A DNA stretch of 63,340 nt, counting the filler, from Octopus bimaculoides (lineage: Eukaryota), in assembly GCF_001194135.2 (NCBI RefSeq). It is 9 parts of 9 records of this genome, joined end to end, with 100 filler letters (N's around TTAATTAATTAA, not from the genome) between each part and the next. Parts side by side here need not be neighbours in the genome. Positions count along the whole stretch, not along the records: positions 11,159 to 22,155 come from NC_068982.1; positions 22,256 to 44,577 come from NC_068987.1; 7 more parts are not named here. One strand, given 5' to 3'. Below the pieces are notes generated by a model. That model saw only the letters and a list, made by a program, of their open reading frames with translations, searched no databases and was not told where the DNA came from. Each line of letters begins with the position of its first letter. Position 1 is the stretch's first letter. Shown in pieces: positions 11,396-24,679 of the stretch. Made by a program: the position numbers and the translations under genes.

Positions 11396-12696
11396 ATGAA
11401 TATGCATATATATTATGTATTTATGTATGTATGTATATATATATGTATGTATATGCTTGTTCATACATACATACATATAATGTATGCAGGTGTAAGTGTG
11501 CGTGTGTGTATGTGAACATCTAAGATCTTAAAGTATCTGGAGTTTGTTATATCATCATTATCACCATCATCATCTGCAATTCTAACTGCATTGTAAATCA
11601 ATCATACAGTAGTTTCATGCAGGTATCAAGGTATGTACTATTGATCTTAAGTGTATTTGGAAAAGTGTTACAATGTGTCTTAATTGTATACCCTCTGCTT
11701 GAAACAGCAGCAATTCATTCCTTTTAGTTCCAGACATGAAAACGAAAATATTGTACATACCCCCAAGTATTGCAATAGACACTGCAAAACAGGAACTGAT
11801 CAGAAAAATAGTTCATTTGGAATAATTATGTAAATTAATGTAAAACGTTTAATAAATTCTCTGCTTTCCAAGAAAATATAAAAAAAGAAATGTATAGGTG
11901 AAATTTTATTTTGAATTCTGCATTTGATTATTTTTGGTACATTTTTTTTTGAAACTCCAACAGTTTTCTGGATGTTTTTGTTGCAAAAGTTCTGAGCAAA
12001 TCAACATTTCCCGACTAAATGTAGATTTTTCAGCTACTTTTTAAAGTGGTTTATCTAAAAAATTAGTGAATTCATGTGGTTGTATTTATGTTAAGTTATT
12101 TATTGATAAACCTAACATAATCAGGTACAGTTGTGGTCTAGTTGCCTTTCTTCTGTCAGCAAATCATCCCTCTGCTTCATTTTACAGCTTCAAAGGCATG
12201 CAAAATAAGAGATCCCTTACTTGAGAAACATGTGTCTTTGTGTGTGTGTGTACGTGTGTGTGTTTGTGTGTACTTGCAGTGTATGTGTGTGCATGTGTGT
12301 GTGTGTCTGTGTTTGTGTCTGTGTGTATGTATGTGTGCTTGTGTATGCAAACACATGATGGGCTTCTTTGCAGTTTCCATCTACTGAATCCAAGGCTATT
12401 ATGGAAGACACCCAAAATGCTACAGATTGGAACTGATCCCTTGACCACAGGCCTTGAAACCAAGCTTTTTAACTACACAGCCACACACACACACCAATAA
12501 CACTACACATATAGACATTGCTTATGATGATGCAGTTTGAAATCATCATAGAATTTCATAGAATTTCCCCACTTTCTCTCCCAAAGATGAAATCTTCAAA
12601 TGATATTCCCAGACATCCCACCTCAGTCCAAATGAAAACTTACAGAATCTTTACATTATTTACATTGGACAGATTTGTGTCCTCATTTTGTTTGTT

Positions 12697-12747
12697 GTTA
12701 CCACAACATTTTGGCTGATTTACTTTCCAAGCCTTCATCAGGTGTCC
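12697..12747 (-). ncRNA. Hammerhead-like motif family B, copy 1 (G12A, probably inactive)
   Basis: Minus: ggacac CUGAUGA a ggcu...agcc AAAA uguu gugg. Confidence 0.55.
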
Positions 12748-12971
12748 TGGTAGAATTTTGAACCCAACCCTGGGTTCTCATTCCTAAGGTATTTTTTTGC
12801 TGATGTTATTATTATTATTATTATTATTATTTATTATTTTTTTTTTTCAAGGCATGTAGTGTAATGGTTATGAGTACGGGTTACTAACCCCAAGATTCTG
12901 AGTTCAATTCTAGGCAGCGCTTTGAATAAATAATAGTAATAATGATGATGATCATGATGGTAATAATAATA

Positions 12972-13007
<36 letters not shown>

Positions 13008-13010
<3 letters not shown>

Positions 13011-13417
13011 CTGAGCAAATATAAAGATCTTGAAATAGAAATTAGCAAAATGTGGAATCTGAAGACAAAAACGATACCTATTGTCATAGGTGCCCTGGGA
13101 ATGACAGCGAAACGAGCTGATTACTACCTAGCTCAGATACCAGGAAACCCCAAAATGGCTGAAGTTCAAAAGATAGTGCTCATGGAAACTGCCCATATCC
13201 TACGTAAAATACTGTCTATGTGATCTCAAATTTTAAAACAAACACATAATTTTCTTATGGTTTCTTAAACATTCTCTAGAACAACACTATGTACAAATCC
13301 AAATATATGGTACCCTAGGCATAACACCTACATGAACTTCTAACTTGTTGTCTCTTGAGGTCTCTGGGTGAGACTTGGATCCAACTTGTACAAATGCAAA
13401 GCAAAAGTCAAACATAG
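13008..13417 (+). mobile_element. R4/Dong-like non-LTR retrotransposon 3' fragment (restriction-like endonuclease C-terminus plus 3' UTR) in an (AAT)n tract
   Basis: KLSKYKDLEIEISKMWNLKTKTIPIVIGALG...LMETAHILRKILSM* is the typical RLE C-terminus. It is flanked by AAT repeats. Confidence 0.85.
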
Positions 13418-13500
13418 AATAATAAGAAGAAGACGAACAACAACATCAGCAAGAAATACTTTAGGAATGAGAACCCAGGGTTGGGTTCAAAATTCTATCA

Positions 13501-13547
13501 GGACACCTGATGAAGGCTGGAGTGTAAGTCAGCTGAAACATTGTGGT
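13501..13547 (+). ncRNA. Hammerhead-like motif family B, copy 2, within a ~180 bp PLE-type repeat (13440-13625)
   Basis: ggacac CUGAUGA a ggcug...cagcu GAAA cauu guggu. It is inverted relative to the copy at 12650-12805. Confidence 0.6.
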
Positions 13548-14057
13548 AACAACAAACAAGATGAAGATACAAATTCGTCCAATGTAAATAATGTACAGAA
13601 TTCTTCATCTCTAAAATATGTTACAGAATCTTCGCTGTGGTTATTTAATCTCAGTTTGGTTCTTACAGTGCACAGCTTTAAATAAATGTTTTCTCTCTCT
13701 GGTCATTATGCCCTTGTTTTCAGCTATTATTGCTTGGTCTCAGATATTATCTTTTATAAGATTGTAGGTTATGGTCTTATGTTAAATTTGTCGAGAATTT
13801 GTATCAAGCCAAGTGACCACATTGATTCCTTATTTATCGATTTAGAATCAAGCCTTGTAGCTGACAAAACTAAAGATTGCTAAAAGAGTGAGTTTGCAGC
13901 AATTTTCATCACAGAAGATAGGTCTGAAACAGTAGTATCCTACAAGAGCAGAGAAAGTATTAATTTATCAAATCTCAGAGCTATGTTGTCATTACATTAT
14001 AATAGATGACAAACTAATACTTTCAAATAATCATGTCTAATGGCATAATTCACACTT

Positions 14058-14100
<43 letters not shown>

Positions 14101-14957
14101 GCAGGTGTGTGTGTAAGCGTGTGTGTGTGTGTGTGTGTGTGTATTTATGTACATACACAAACACACATACACTCTGTACTCACTTTTATTTCACCATTTG
14201 CAAATTATATTCTTTCAATTGCAATCATTTTCTTAACTTCTATTTTTTTTTTTATCTTCCTTGTCATGTCAAAGAGTTTCCTGCACAAAACAACACATTT
14301 CTTTTTCTTACAACATAATACACTATCAATGTATTTTTTTTATTTTTGTTCTCATAATATTGCTTATTTTGAATTTTATCTCAGTCAATGCAATCCAAAT
14401 CTTAGATACCTTTGATTTTTGCATTGCTTAGACAAAATTTATTGATATATAGATTTGGCTCCGTATCTATTTATTCATAACTCTTTATATATTTGTACTC
14501 TTGTGAATTATCACAAACCTTGTCATTTGAAGGGACAGAACCAGCTATTGTTTTACTAGAAGCCGTAACTAATGAGGATATTGTTCACAAAATGTGATAC
14601 AAAATCTATGCGTATAAATAATGTGATACAAGGATCAGATGAAAAGTTCATAAGCTGACTATGAAGAGATGATGCTAGAGCTGTGTGGACTGAAAAGGGG
14701 AACTATGTTGAAAAATAAACCTTATTTGGTCACATTCCATGAGAGTATCTTGGTCAGCCTATGAGCTTTTCAGCTGAGCCTCATATTTATTGTTGCATAT
14801 CTTAAGTAGGCAAGGAATAAATAAATATTAAGAATCAGGCCTATATCAATTTATAATAACTGTGAAATTAATCTTGATAGGCCAGTGTCTAACATCTTAG
14901 GAGGAATATAGAATCGTCAGGTTTTCAAACTCGTACCATTATGCATATCAGTTTATA

Positions 14958-15243
14958 TTGGGTCATCCCATAAATAATGCAGTTTTTTCATTCTTCTTTT
15001 ATTTTTAAAAATTAAGATAAACAAAGTTCTTTTTAAATCTAAAATATACTCTCCTTTATTTTCTACAATGCTCTTTCATCTATCTGGTAGACATGCAAAG
15101 CCCCTCTTCCAAAATTCATTTGTCCGTGATGAAAAATACTCCTCCATTACTGTTCTGGCCTCGTCTTCAGAATTCATATTTTTTCCGTCCAAACGATTTT
15201 GAAGACTGTGGAATAAATGATAATCAGATAAGGCAATGTCTGG
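14958..15243 (-). mobile_element. Mariner transposase C-terminal remnant with TIR
   Basis: Minus translation DIALSDYHLFHSLQNRLDGKNMNSEDEARTVMEEYFSSRTNEFWKRGFACLPDR*KSIVENKGEYILD; TA|ttgggtcatcccataa end. Confidence 0.85.
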
Positions 15244-15616
15244 CAAATACTTAATTTATTGACCCATACATGTTTATATATTAATTAACACATGCATGCA
15301 TACATGCATAAATGCATGTATACATGAAGATATGCATAAATATGTACATCCATCCATGCATACTTACATTATATGTTGATTGTTCTATCTTCACAGATGA
15401 TTGCTGTCTGTCTGTGCTTTTTCATCATCAGTGGCATTTCTGACAGTCTGTCCATGACCTTTCAGTTGACTAATCAGTTACACTGCAGATCTACATGGTT
15501 TGAAGCACTGGTAACAGGTGAAAGTTGTAACTCCCACTGGATTGATTGGGTCCCTTTGTGGGATAAGTTTTTTAGTGTATGTCTTGCCATATGTCTTTGC
15601 ACATCTGAAGCTGACA

Positions 15617-15839
15617 TACTCTTTTACTCTTTTACTTGTTTCATTCATTTGACTGCGGCTATGCGGGAACACTGCTTTTTAGTAGAGCTAATCAACTCCA
15701 TGACCTATTCTTGGTAAGCCTAGAACTTATTCTATCGGTGTCTTTTGCCGAACCGCTAAGTTACGGGGACATAAACACACTAGCATCAGTTGTCAAGCGA
15801 TGTTGGGGGGACAAACACAGACATGCACACACACATACA

Positions 15840-15883
<44 letters not shown>

Positions 15884-16045
15884 ACGGGCTTCTTTCAGTT
15901 TCTGTCTACCAAATCCACTCACAAGGCTTTGGTCGGCCCAAGGCTATAGTAGAAGACACTTGCCCAAGGTGCTACGCAGTAGGACTGAACCCGGAACCAT
16001 GTGGTTCGTAACGATGCTACTTACCACACAGCCACTCCTACGCCT
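15617..16045 (-). mobile_element. SINE family A, full length
   Basis: Complete reverse-complement copy with (gtaaaaga)n tail. Confidence 0.85.
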
Positions 16046-16239
16046 ACTTTTCACATTTTACACACATGCATGCATATATGTATAAATATGACAAGCTTCC
16101 ATATGATTTTCACCTACTAAAATTGAGCTAACAAAGAACAGAGCAACCCAAAGCTATGGTAGAAAGTACTTGCTCAGGATACCATGCCATAGGATCAACC
16201 CCAAAACTACATGGTTATGTGTATAAAACATGTAAGTGT

Positions 16240-17250
16240 ATACATGTGTGTGTGTGTATGTGTGTGTGTGTGTGTGTATGTGTGTGTATGTGTGTGTGTA
16301 TGTGTGTGTGTGTGTGTATGTGTGTGTATAGATAAATAGATAGATAGATAAATAGATAGATAGACAGACAGACATATAGGCAAGCAGGTAGGCAGACAGG
16401 CAGGCAGACAGATAGGCAGACGGATAGATAGATAGATAGATATACATATTTATATTGTATGTATGTATATAGGCATGTGATCTTTTGTGTGCGGTGCATG
16501 CGTGTATGTGTGTATTTATCCATGTTTCTGATTACACAAAGACAACAGATTTCACATAAACTCACATTCATATATTCCCTTACATACACATTGTACAGCT
16601 GTACGTGTGTGTCTGTGCGTGTGTGCGTATGTATGTGTGTGTATGTGTGCATACATGTTTGTTTGTGTGTTTGTGTATGTGAGTTTGTGTGTGAGAGTGT
16701 GTGTCTGTGTGGGCATGTTTGTTGTTTGTGTGTGTCTTTGTGTGTGTGTACATATTTGTGTGTTTGTGTGTGCGAGTTTGTGTGAGAGTGTGTGTCTGTG
16801 TGGACATGTTTGTTGCTTGTGTGTGTGTGTACATGTTTGCTTGTGTGTTTGTGTGTGTGAGTTTGTGTGTCTGTGTGGGCATGTTTGTTGCTTGTGTGTG
16901 TCTGTGTGTGTGTGTTTGTGTGTGTTTGTGTGTGTCTATACATATTTGTGTGTTTGTGTGTGCGAGTTTGTGTGTGAGAGTGTGTGTCTGTGTGGACTTG
17001 TTTGTGTGTGTTGTGTACATGTTTGCTTGTGTGTATGTGTGTGTGAGTTTGTGTGAGAGTGTGTGTCTGTGTGGACATGTTTGTTGTTTGTGTGTGTGTG
17101 TGAGAGTGTGTCTGTGTTGACATGTTTGTTTGTGTGTGTGTGTGCGTGTGTGTGTGTGCGTACATGTTTGCGTGTGTGAGTTTGTGTGTGAGAGTGTGTG
17201 TGTGTGTGTGTGGATATGCTTGTTGTTTGTGTGTGTGTGTACTGACAAAG
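16240..17250. repeat. Compound (GT)n/(GATA)n microsatellite with a higher-order minisatellite block (about 16600-17240)
   Basis: Recurrent gagttt, gagagt, tctgtgtgg[ag]catgtttgttg and acatattt motifs within (GT)n. Confidence 0.85.
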
Positions 17251-18042
17251 ACTCGGAGGGACATTTGAACACTCAGTTATTCATAATATATGCTGTCTAT
17301 TCCAGCAGAGTTAATAGTTTATTAATATAGAAACTCCCTCCCGCCTTCCCCTTTTCCCTCTTTCCCAATGTTATGGCAATGTCTGTAAGTATTGACTTCT
17401 TGTAGGAACACATTTCCATCTGTTGTCAACCACAAAGTAGCAACAGCAAAATCCTACAAGATGACAATAAAGATATAAAATCAGAAATCGTATGAGTCTA
17501 TTTAATATGTTCCATTGACATAAAAGTGTTTTGGAATATTAACATTTGAGGTTTATAGGATTTATATTTATGCACATTTACATTTTAGGTTTATAATATC
17601 TCACCCTCTGGAGTTAGTATTAATAGCAAGAATAGATGAGAGTAAAATATATATTCATATGAACAACTATAACTGGCTGGTTGTTGTCTATGTTTCTTAC
17701 TTAATTTTCTTGTTATTTATTATTGAATTTACAAATCAAACAAATATTGGGTGATTTCATTATTTGTTTAAATGAAGCTCTATAATTTCACAATTCTAAA
17801 GTGTTCTGTCTTATGTTATTCTGTCACTGTTCCAGTCTCGTTTTCTAGCTATCTTTCATGCTCACACACACACATTCTCTCCCTCCCTGCTATCTCTTTT
17901 GCCTCAGTCTATCTGTCTAGTTATTTCTATTACTTTTCTCTGTCACAACCTCAGTCATTCCCCCTGTTGAGCTATGTGTCTGGAGCAGTTCCTCTTTCTA
18001 TCACCTTTATCTATTATTCCTATTTCCCACCTATACCATCTC

Positions 18043-18088
<46 letters not shown>

Positions 18089-18120
18089 CAGCTGGACAGA
18101 CTTAATTATAGATATAATTA

Positions 18121-18179
<59 letters not shown>

Positions 18180-18769
18180 TTATCTATCTGTCTGACTGTC
18201 TATCTATCAATCAATCAATCTATCTATCCATCCATCCATCGATCAATCTCTCTCTCTCTCTCTCTCTCTTTAAATATTTATATATAGTAGTAGCAGCAGC
18301 AGTAACATCATCATCATCATCATCATCATCATCATGAGCAGCAGCTCGTCGTCATTGTCGTCGTCGTCGTCATCGTCGTCGTCGTCGCCATCGTCGTCAA
18401 AAGTATATTTATTATCTTTCATATAATATTATAGACTCAGCCTATATTCTACCAAATGGTTTCATGCCAAAAACAGGAGAGGCAAGTTCAGCAATCTTCA
18501 AATTCTGCAGAATGGAAAAGTATGACCTGGGTTCTTTTCTACAAGAATCTTGAAAATGTTACTTCTGGTTCATGAGTCTGAGTTGTTGTTAAAAAAAAGA
18601 AAACAGAACAAAATTCTTGGATGAAAAAGCATTGACCAAAACCGTAAGAACAAAGGGAACATAACTGCCTCATTTAGCCCATTTGAGTTATGCTCCTTGG
18701 ATTGGCTCCTTTTAATTCAGTGACCTGCATGCAAGGGTTCAGGCACCGAGAATTTTCCCCCAGCTATCA

Positions 18770-19060
18770 TCATCATCATTTAACATCTGCTCCCCATGTT
18801 GGCATTGGTTGAAAGGTTTGACACAGAGCTGGCTAACAGGGAACTGTCCAATCTCCGACTGTCTGTTGTGGCATGGTTTCTATGCCTGGATATCCTTCCT
18901 AATGCCAACCACTTAATAGAGTGTACCAGGTGCTTTTTACAAGTCGCCAGCACAGGTGCATTGATGCAGCACTGGCACAGGTGCATTAACACACCAGCGG
19001 CACAGATGCTTTTTATGTGGCACCGGCACCTGAAAGGACAAGCCTGTATGCATAGAAGAC
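18770..19060 (-). mobile_element. SINE family B
   Basis: (cat)n ttaacatctgctccccatgttggc...ggatatccttcctaatgccaaccac. Confidence 0.7.
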
Positions 19061-19284
19061 AGGGATTCTACTGAGCTTGACATGTCTTATCAATATCTTA
19101 TATGATACTTGACTGAAGTGTGGGGAGAGAGAATTAGTGAGGTGGGGTAGAGGTGAAGAAGAGAGGTTGGAGAACAGAATTTTGCTATTCATCCTGCAGA
19201 ATGTCCAACAAAAACCACTCTCCTTACCAAAAAGGTTTTGTAGGTCTGCTGACTTAGTTGCTGATGGCCCGACAATGCAAAGTA

Positions 19285-19640
19285 CATGGTAAACATATGT
19301 AAGTGATGCTGATGCCCTTAAATGCAGACAGTTAACTAAGATAGAGTCTTTAGTACTTCAGTACCAATTATGATGGAGTGGTCATGTGATGAGGATGGAA
19401 GACAATCAGGTCCTCAAACAGTTTCTGTATGGTAAGTTAGTCCAGAGTAAGAGACCAGCAAAAAAAACAAAAATCAAGGCATAAGGACTGTATCAAGATT
19501 ATATTAGAGAAGGTCAAAATCTCGTTAAACTGGATGAGAATTCTTTGTTCTCGATCATCCATCACAGCAAAAAGCAGTCCATGATGAGAAGAGAGAGTTT
19601 GAACAAAATTACATCAAGCATGAACAGCTCAAGAAAGATG
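19285..19640 (+). mobile_element. RTE (BovB-like) LINE C-terminal relic
   Basis: IESLVLQYQL*WSGHVMRMEDNQVLKQFLYGKLVQSKRP...RHKDCIK resembles QLRWxGHVxRMxDxRLPKQLLYGEL. Confidence 0.75.
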
Positions 19641-20043
19641 TTCATAAGGGCCTTCATGTGAATTTTGCTCAACTGTATTAGTGTACAGCATAATTTAACA
19701 TATAGCAAAGTAAAACAGGCCTTAAAAGTCATAAAAGGAGCCACACACACAGGGAAACTGTTAACTATGAATTACACAGTTTCTCTATTTGCAAGTGGTG
19801 GAGAAAAAAAGCATGCACATCAGATGCTGGAGAGAAACATCATATGAAGGTTCACCAAAACTATATCGTAACATCTATGCAAGAGGTGGTCCATATTGAA
19901 ACATCTGTAGGAAAATGTATAAGTCCATAGCAGGACTGAAAAGCCATATTTATGCTGTTTTCATTTAAGGAAACAATCAAGCAACAGCATTGCTCAAAAT
20001 TGAGTTGCAGCCAGTGAAATACACATGTATAGAGACATATATT

Positions 20044-20083
<40 letters not shown>

Positions 20084-20120
20084 CATGTAAGCAGATGTGT
20101 GTGTGTGTATATGTAAGCAG

Positions 20121-20165
<45 letters not shown>

Positions 20166-20900
20166 CATGCGTACCTGCATGTGTGTGTGTGTGTGTAATG
20201 CTTTTATTCAATTCAGTTTAGAGCCAAAATCTTTCTCCCATTGTCTTGTATTCTGTAAAAATCAGAGCTGATAAGCTGATAAGGAAAAATAGCCGTAAAT
20301 CAGTTTTATCCTCCAATTCTCCAATCTATTTTACCCCCAGCCCCACCAACCAACTCTTCCATCCATTGTCCCTGCTTCTCACACTCTACATGTACAATAA
20401 TTTCTCTAGGATTGTGTGTGGTGGCAAAATTTGTTGGTGTTGGTGCTGGTGTTGGTGTAGGTTTTGAGGGGTTGCAGAAGCAAACGATTTCTGCAGCACA
20501 TTCATTTTCATTGATTAATTGGTCCTAGCATGGAATCTGCCTGAAATCTATTACACCATCTCCAGCAGCTTCTATTTGAATATAGCAATCAGTATCTAGT
20601 GCCTTCAAAGCCTCGGTTATTTTAGTGACAGTATTACAAATGATAAAACAGTCAGTTGTGCAGAAGATGTGGAACCTGTTGAGTATGTAGTATCTTGTAG
20701 CCATGTGAACTGCAGTTATGAACAAGACCCAAAGCTATGTCACGTGTGTATGTGAATGTCACTGAGTATGCATCCTTTGTCATATCATGAACACATATTC
20801 ACCCACTTGTTTATATATAGATATATATATTGTGTATGTATGTGTATATAGGTATATGTACAAACATGAAACTTAAAGCAAAACTTTACATACACACACA

Positions 20901-20940
<40 letters not shown>

Positions 20941-21094
20941 NNNNNNNNNNNNNNNNNNNNNNNNNNNNNNNNNNNNNNNNNNNNNNNNNNNNNNNNNNNN
21001 NNNNNNNNNNNNNNNNNNNNNNNNNNNNNNNNNNNNNNNNNNNGATGGCGTACGATTCAACAGCTGTTTAATGACCACTACACATGTACATGTA

Positions 21095-21148
<54 letters not shown>

Positions 21149-21964
21149 GTTATATAGTTATATTTGGGGTTGATCATTTTCTTTTGTTTTTTTTAAATTT
21201 TTACTTGACAATTGAGAAAAAATGACCATGCCCAAATATAACAATATCTGTTTCAACACACAATTTCACATTAAGAATCTTGCAAAACAACAACATTAAC
21301 ATAAATCTCTCTCCCCCTCTCTCTCTCTCTCTCTCTCTTCCCTTCCTTCTATGCTTCTATCTGTCATGTTCTTCTGCTGTCCCTCTCTGCTCTCTGCCTT
21401 CTACTACCTTACCTCCCTCTACTACTGACATTTGACCTGTAATCACCATCCTAGCTTCTACCTTTTCACACTGGCTCCCCAGGCATGCAGTTGCATTTTC
21501 TCTCATCTCACACTCTATTCACCTTTCACTGTCCCTTTGTTAATCCTTCAGGATATTCTCCCAGCGTTGAGTATTTTCATCTCCTATCCGGCTCTAAGGC
21601 CTTATTTTTGTTTGTTTATTTATTTCAGTTCTTTCATATGCTCAACCATCCTGTTTATTTTCATCTCTGCCCCTTGTCTGACCACTCACTGTGTCGTCTT
21701 GAATTATATTTATTCCACATTTATATGTTAACTTTCTATATTGCATTATCATTTATTAGATCTTGTCTGGTTGTTCATTTTTTGTCTTGTTGTTTGGCTC
21801 GCTAATCCCCAGCTACAGTTTTGCCATCAGCACCACCAAACGGAGATGCAATGTTATTGTTAAGGTGTGAAATTGTGTTTGCCCCTCTGGCCAATAACTG
21901 ATGATAAGTTGGTGACCTTCTGTGTCAGTTTCACATTGGTATGTGCATTTATTGTTTTTAGCTT

Positions 21965-22150
21965 ATATATATGTAGATAGGTTTCTTTATTAGCCACACA
22001 GGGCTCAACACAGAGGGGACAAAATACAAATGTAGAGTTTTTCTTTTCGAGGGGGTCGAAAACAAAGCAGAAAAAAAACAAAAGTGGGGACAACGATGAA
22101 AAAAAACATCGCAAAACGTTTGGGGTATTTACAAAAAATACGAAATAATA
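21965..22150 (-). mobile_element. L1/Tx1-like 3' UTR end
   Basis: Minus: ctctacatttgtattttgtcccctctgtgttgagccctgtgtggctaataaagaaa; same terminus as 44925-44985. Confidence 0.55.
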
Positions 22151-22265
22151 CAAAANNNNNNNNNNNNNNNNNNNNNNNNNNNNNNNNNNNNNNNNNNNNT
22201 TAATTAATTAANNNNNNNNNNNNNNNNNNNNNNNNNNNNNNNNNNNNNNNNNNNNATCAGAATAT

Positions 22266-22328
22266 TTGGGCTGAAGATTGGAATAGTGAACTTTTCATTC
22301 ACTTAACCATGAAACGATTCGTACCCAA
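22266..22328 (+). ncRNA. Minimal type-I hammerhead ribozyme (family F), intact core, predicted cleavage GUA/ after 22323
   Basis: Stem I UUGGG/CCCAA; CUGAAGA (22271-77); stem II UGG..AGUGAA/UUCACU..CCA; GAAA (22311-14); stem III ACGA-U-UCGU. Confidence 0.78.
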
Positions 22329-22659
22329 TTAACTAAAGGCTTGTTTTGTTTGCTTTTCCCTCCGGTTTTTTGTTCTATGTGTGCCATAAATATCGCCATC
22401 CGTTTTAGAGAAAAATTTGTAGTTTAGAATCAGTAGTTCTTTGACTGCTATTTCTAAATTTTCAGTATGTTGGAGAAGCAACTCAATTGCTAATCCCTTA
22501 TATTTATGATGATAAATGGTCTTACCGATAAAGGTTTTTTTCATACTGAACTACTTGGCAAAATTGTTAATTATTAATTCTATTATTAATTGACGATTCC
22601 CTGCCCTCATTTCTTGTATACCTACATACATATATACATATACACACATATATATATAT

Positions 22660-22708
<49 letters not shown>

Positions 22709-22745
22709 TATATATATATATACACACACACACATATATATATAT

Positions 22746-22790
<45 letters not shown>

Positions 22791-24114
22791 TATATATATA
22801 CATATCCACACATATATACATATATATACACACACACACATATATATATATACATGTACATATATATGAATCTTTTCTGGCACAGAGCTACACTGCATCT
22901 CTCTTTTCCTTTTGAACAACTTGTGTCTGCCCCTGCCCCTGCGCGAATGATTGATGACTTACTTTTTCCTCTGTTAATTACTGACATGTAGACTCCAGAC
23001 GTCACAACAAACTAGCTGTCATGTGGTACGCTCCATCATGCAATGCATGAGAAGGGAGTGTAATTTTGACAACAGTTGGCAAAATCTTTTTTTGCACACA
23101 AGAGTTCCGGACCCCAGGAATGAACTAATTTTGGTACACCCAATTGGAGCTCAACTTCAAAATCCACATACTGTGTACTACTACAGTACAGCCGGTTAGA
23201 CATTGAATCGTGTATGCCACTCTCTGAGTACAGTATAGCAGGTCTGACATAAGCAACCCCACCCCACCATCTTCATAGATGAATTGAGCACCATCTATAT
23301 GGAGCTAACATTAGTACCTATGCTAAGTCTGAGATTAGTGATACTGCATGTACCCATTGATATATACAAGGAGGGCTCAATATAACACAATGCTATATTG
23401 ATTACGATGTTTACAGATCAACGCCAACATTTTAAATTAGGAATGTACAAAATCAGTCAAAAAATTAGGAAACTACACTCATTTACATTTTCTAGTAAAT
23501 TACGCAAATTGTCAACACTTATGGCATCATCGGTGAGCAGCTCTCCATTCACTTTATGTATACTGAATTTCACATTTGTAACCCCTATAAACTCGTTTAG
23601 AACAGTTAGATTTTGCTATAACGCACATTTTCCACTGAACTCAGGGTATTTTTATGACTAGGTGGACACTAGTTTGATAGTTGAGCTCTGATTGGCTGTA
23701 TGCAAATGAGTTCAAAGTTTTGTGTCTCAGAGCCTACTTTTTCGCTTGAATGACAGTGTTATGTGGTAGGTTCCAGCAACCACCGCCAGCTACTACATAT
23801 TTGTTGATCTATTTTTGGATGATAGAGTGTACCGCATGGTAACTGGCTGGCTGCTGGAGCCTACCTGTCAGTATTTAAGAGCGAAAAAAAAAAAACACTT
23901 TATTCATTTGCTGCCACTTAGCACCAATTGGATTCATTAAGCGGTTTGGATTTATTAAACGAGTGATTTTACGGGTAAAAATTCCATCCCAACTCATTTT
24001 GGATACATTAAGCAGGTGGATTTATTATCAGTGAATTTATAAAGCAGGATCTACTGTATTATGGAGATGTACTTGCATAGCAAGTGACTTGATCTTAGAT
24101 CATGTGTTGAAACA

Positions 24115-24267
24115 GTGGCTGTGTGGTAAGTAGCTTACTTACCAACCACATGGTTCCGGGTTCAGTCCCACTGCATGGCACCTTGGGCAAGTGTCTTCTA
24201 CTATAGCCTCGGGCCGACCAAAGCCTTGTGAGTGGATTTGGTAGACGGAAACTGAAGGAAGCCTGTC

Positions 24268-24304
<37 letters not shown>

Positions 24305-24536
24305 TATACATATATATACATGTTTGTGTGTCTGTGTTTGTCCCCCCACCATTGCTTGACAACTGATGCTGGTGTGTTTACGTCCCCGTAACTTAGCAGT
24401 TCGGCAAAAAGAGACCGATAGAATAAGTACTAGGCTTCAAAAGAATAAGTCGTGGGGTCGATTTTCTCGACTAAAGGCGGTGCTCCAGCATAGCCGCAGT
24501 CAAATGACTGAAACAAGTAAAAGAGTAAAGAGAGAG
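24115..24536 (+). mobile_element. SINE family A, full length
   Basis: gtggctgtgtggtaagtagc head through the gtaaaagagtaaag tail. Confidence 0.85.
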
Positions 24537-24620
24537 TAATTGTAGCATGGAAGATGTTTATAAGCCATTTAAGAACACACAAAAAGCCATTAGATTCACT
24601 TCAACATTTAAATTTAATTT

Positions 24621-24670
24621 GTGTCAAAATATTATCGTCGCTTTGAAACCACAACCTGTTCACTGACAAA
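24621..24670 (-). ncRNA. Hammerhead-like fold with a G3/C8-swapped core (family E)
   Basis: Minus: UGUCA GUGAACA g GUUGU-loop-GCGAC GAUA AUAUU U UGACA. Stems I and II pair; stem III is the palindrome AAUAUU; A14U in this copy. Confidence 0.55.
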
Positions 24671-24679
24671 ACTTCGAGA

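Noticed and set aside
11761-11781. 21 nt minus-strand micro-exon candidate (and an exon-like stretch at 11590-11700)
   Set aside because: An equally good 21 nt candidate exists on the plus strand nearby, and the reading frame cannot be resolved without RNA data.
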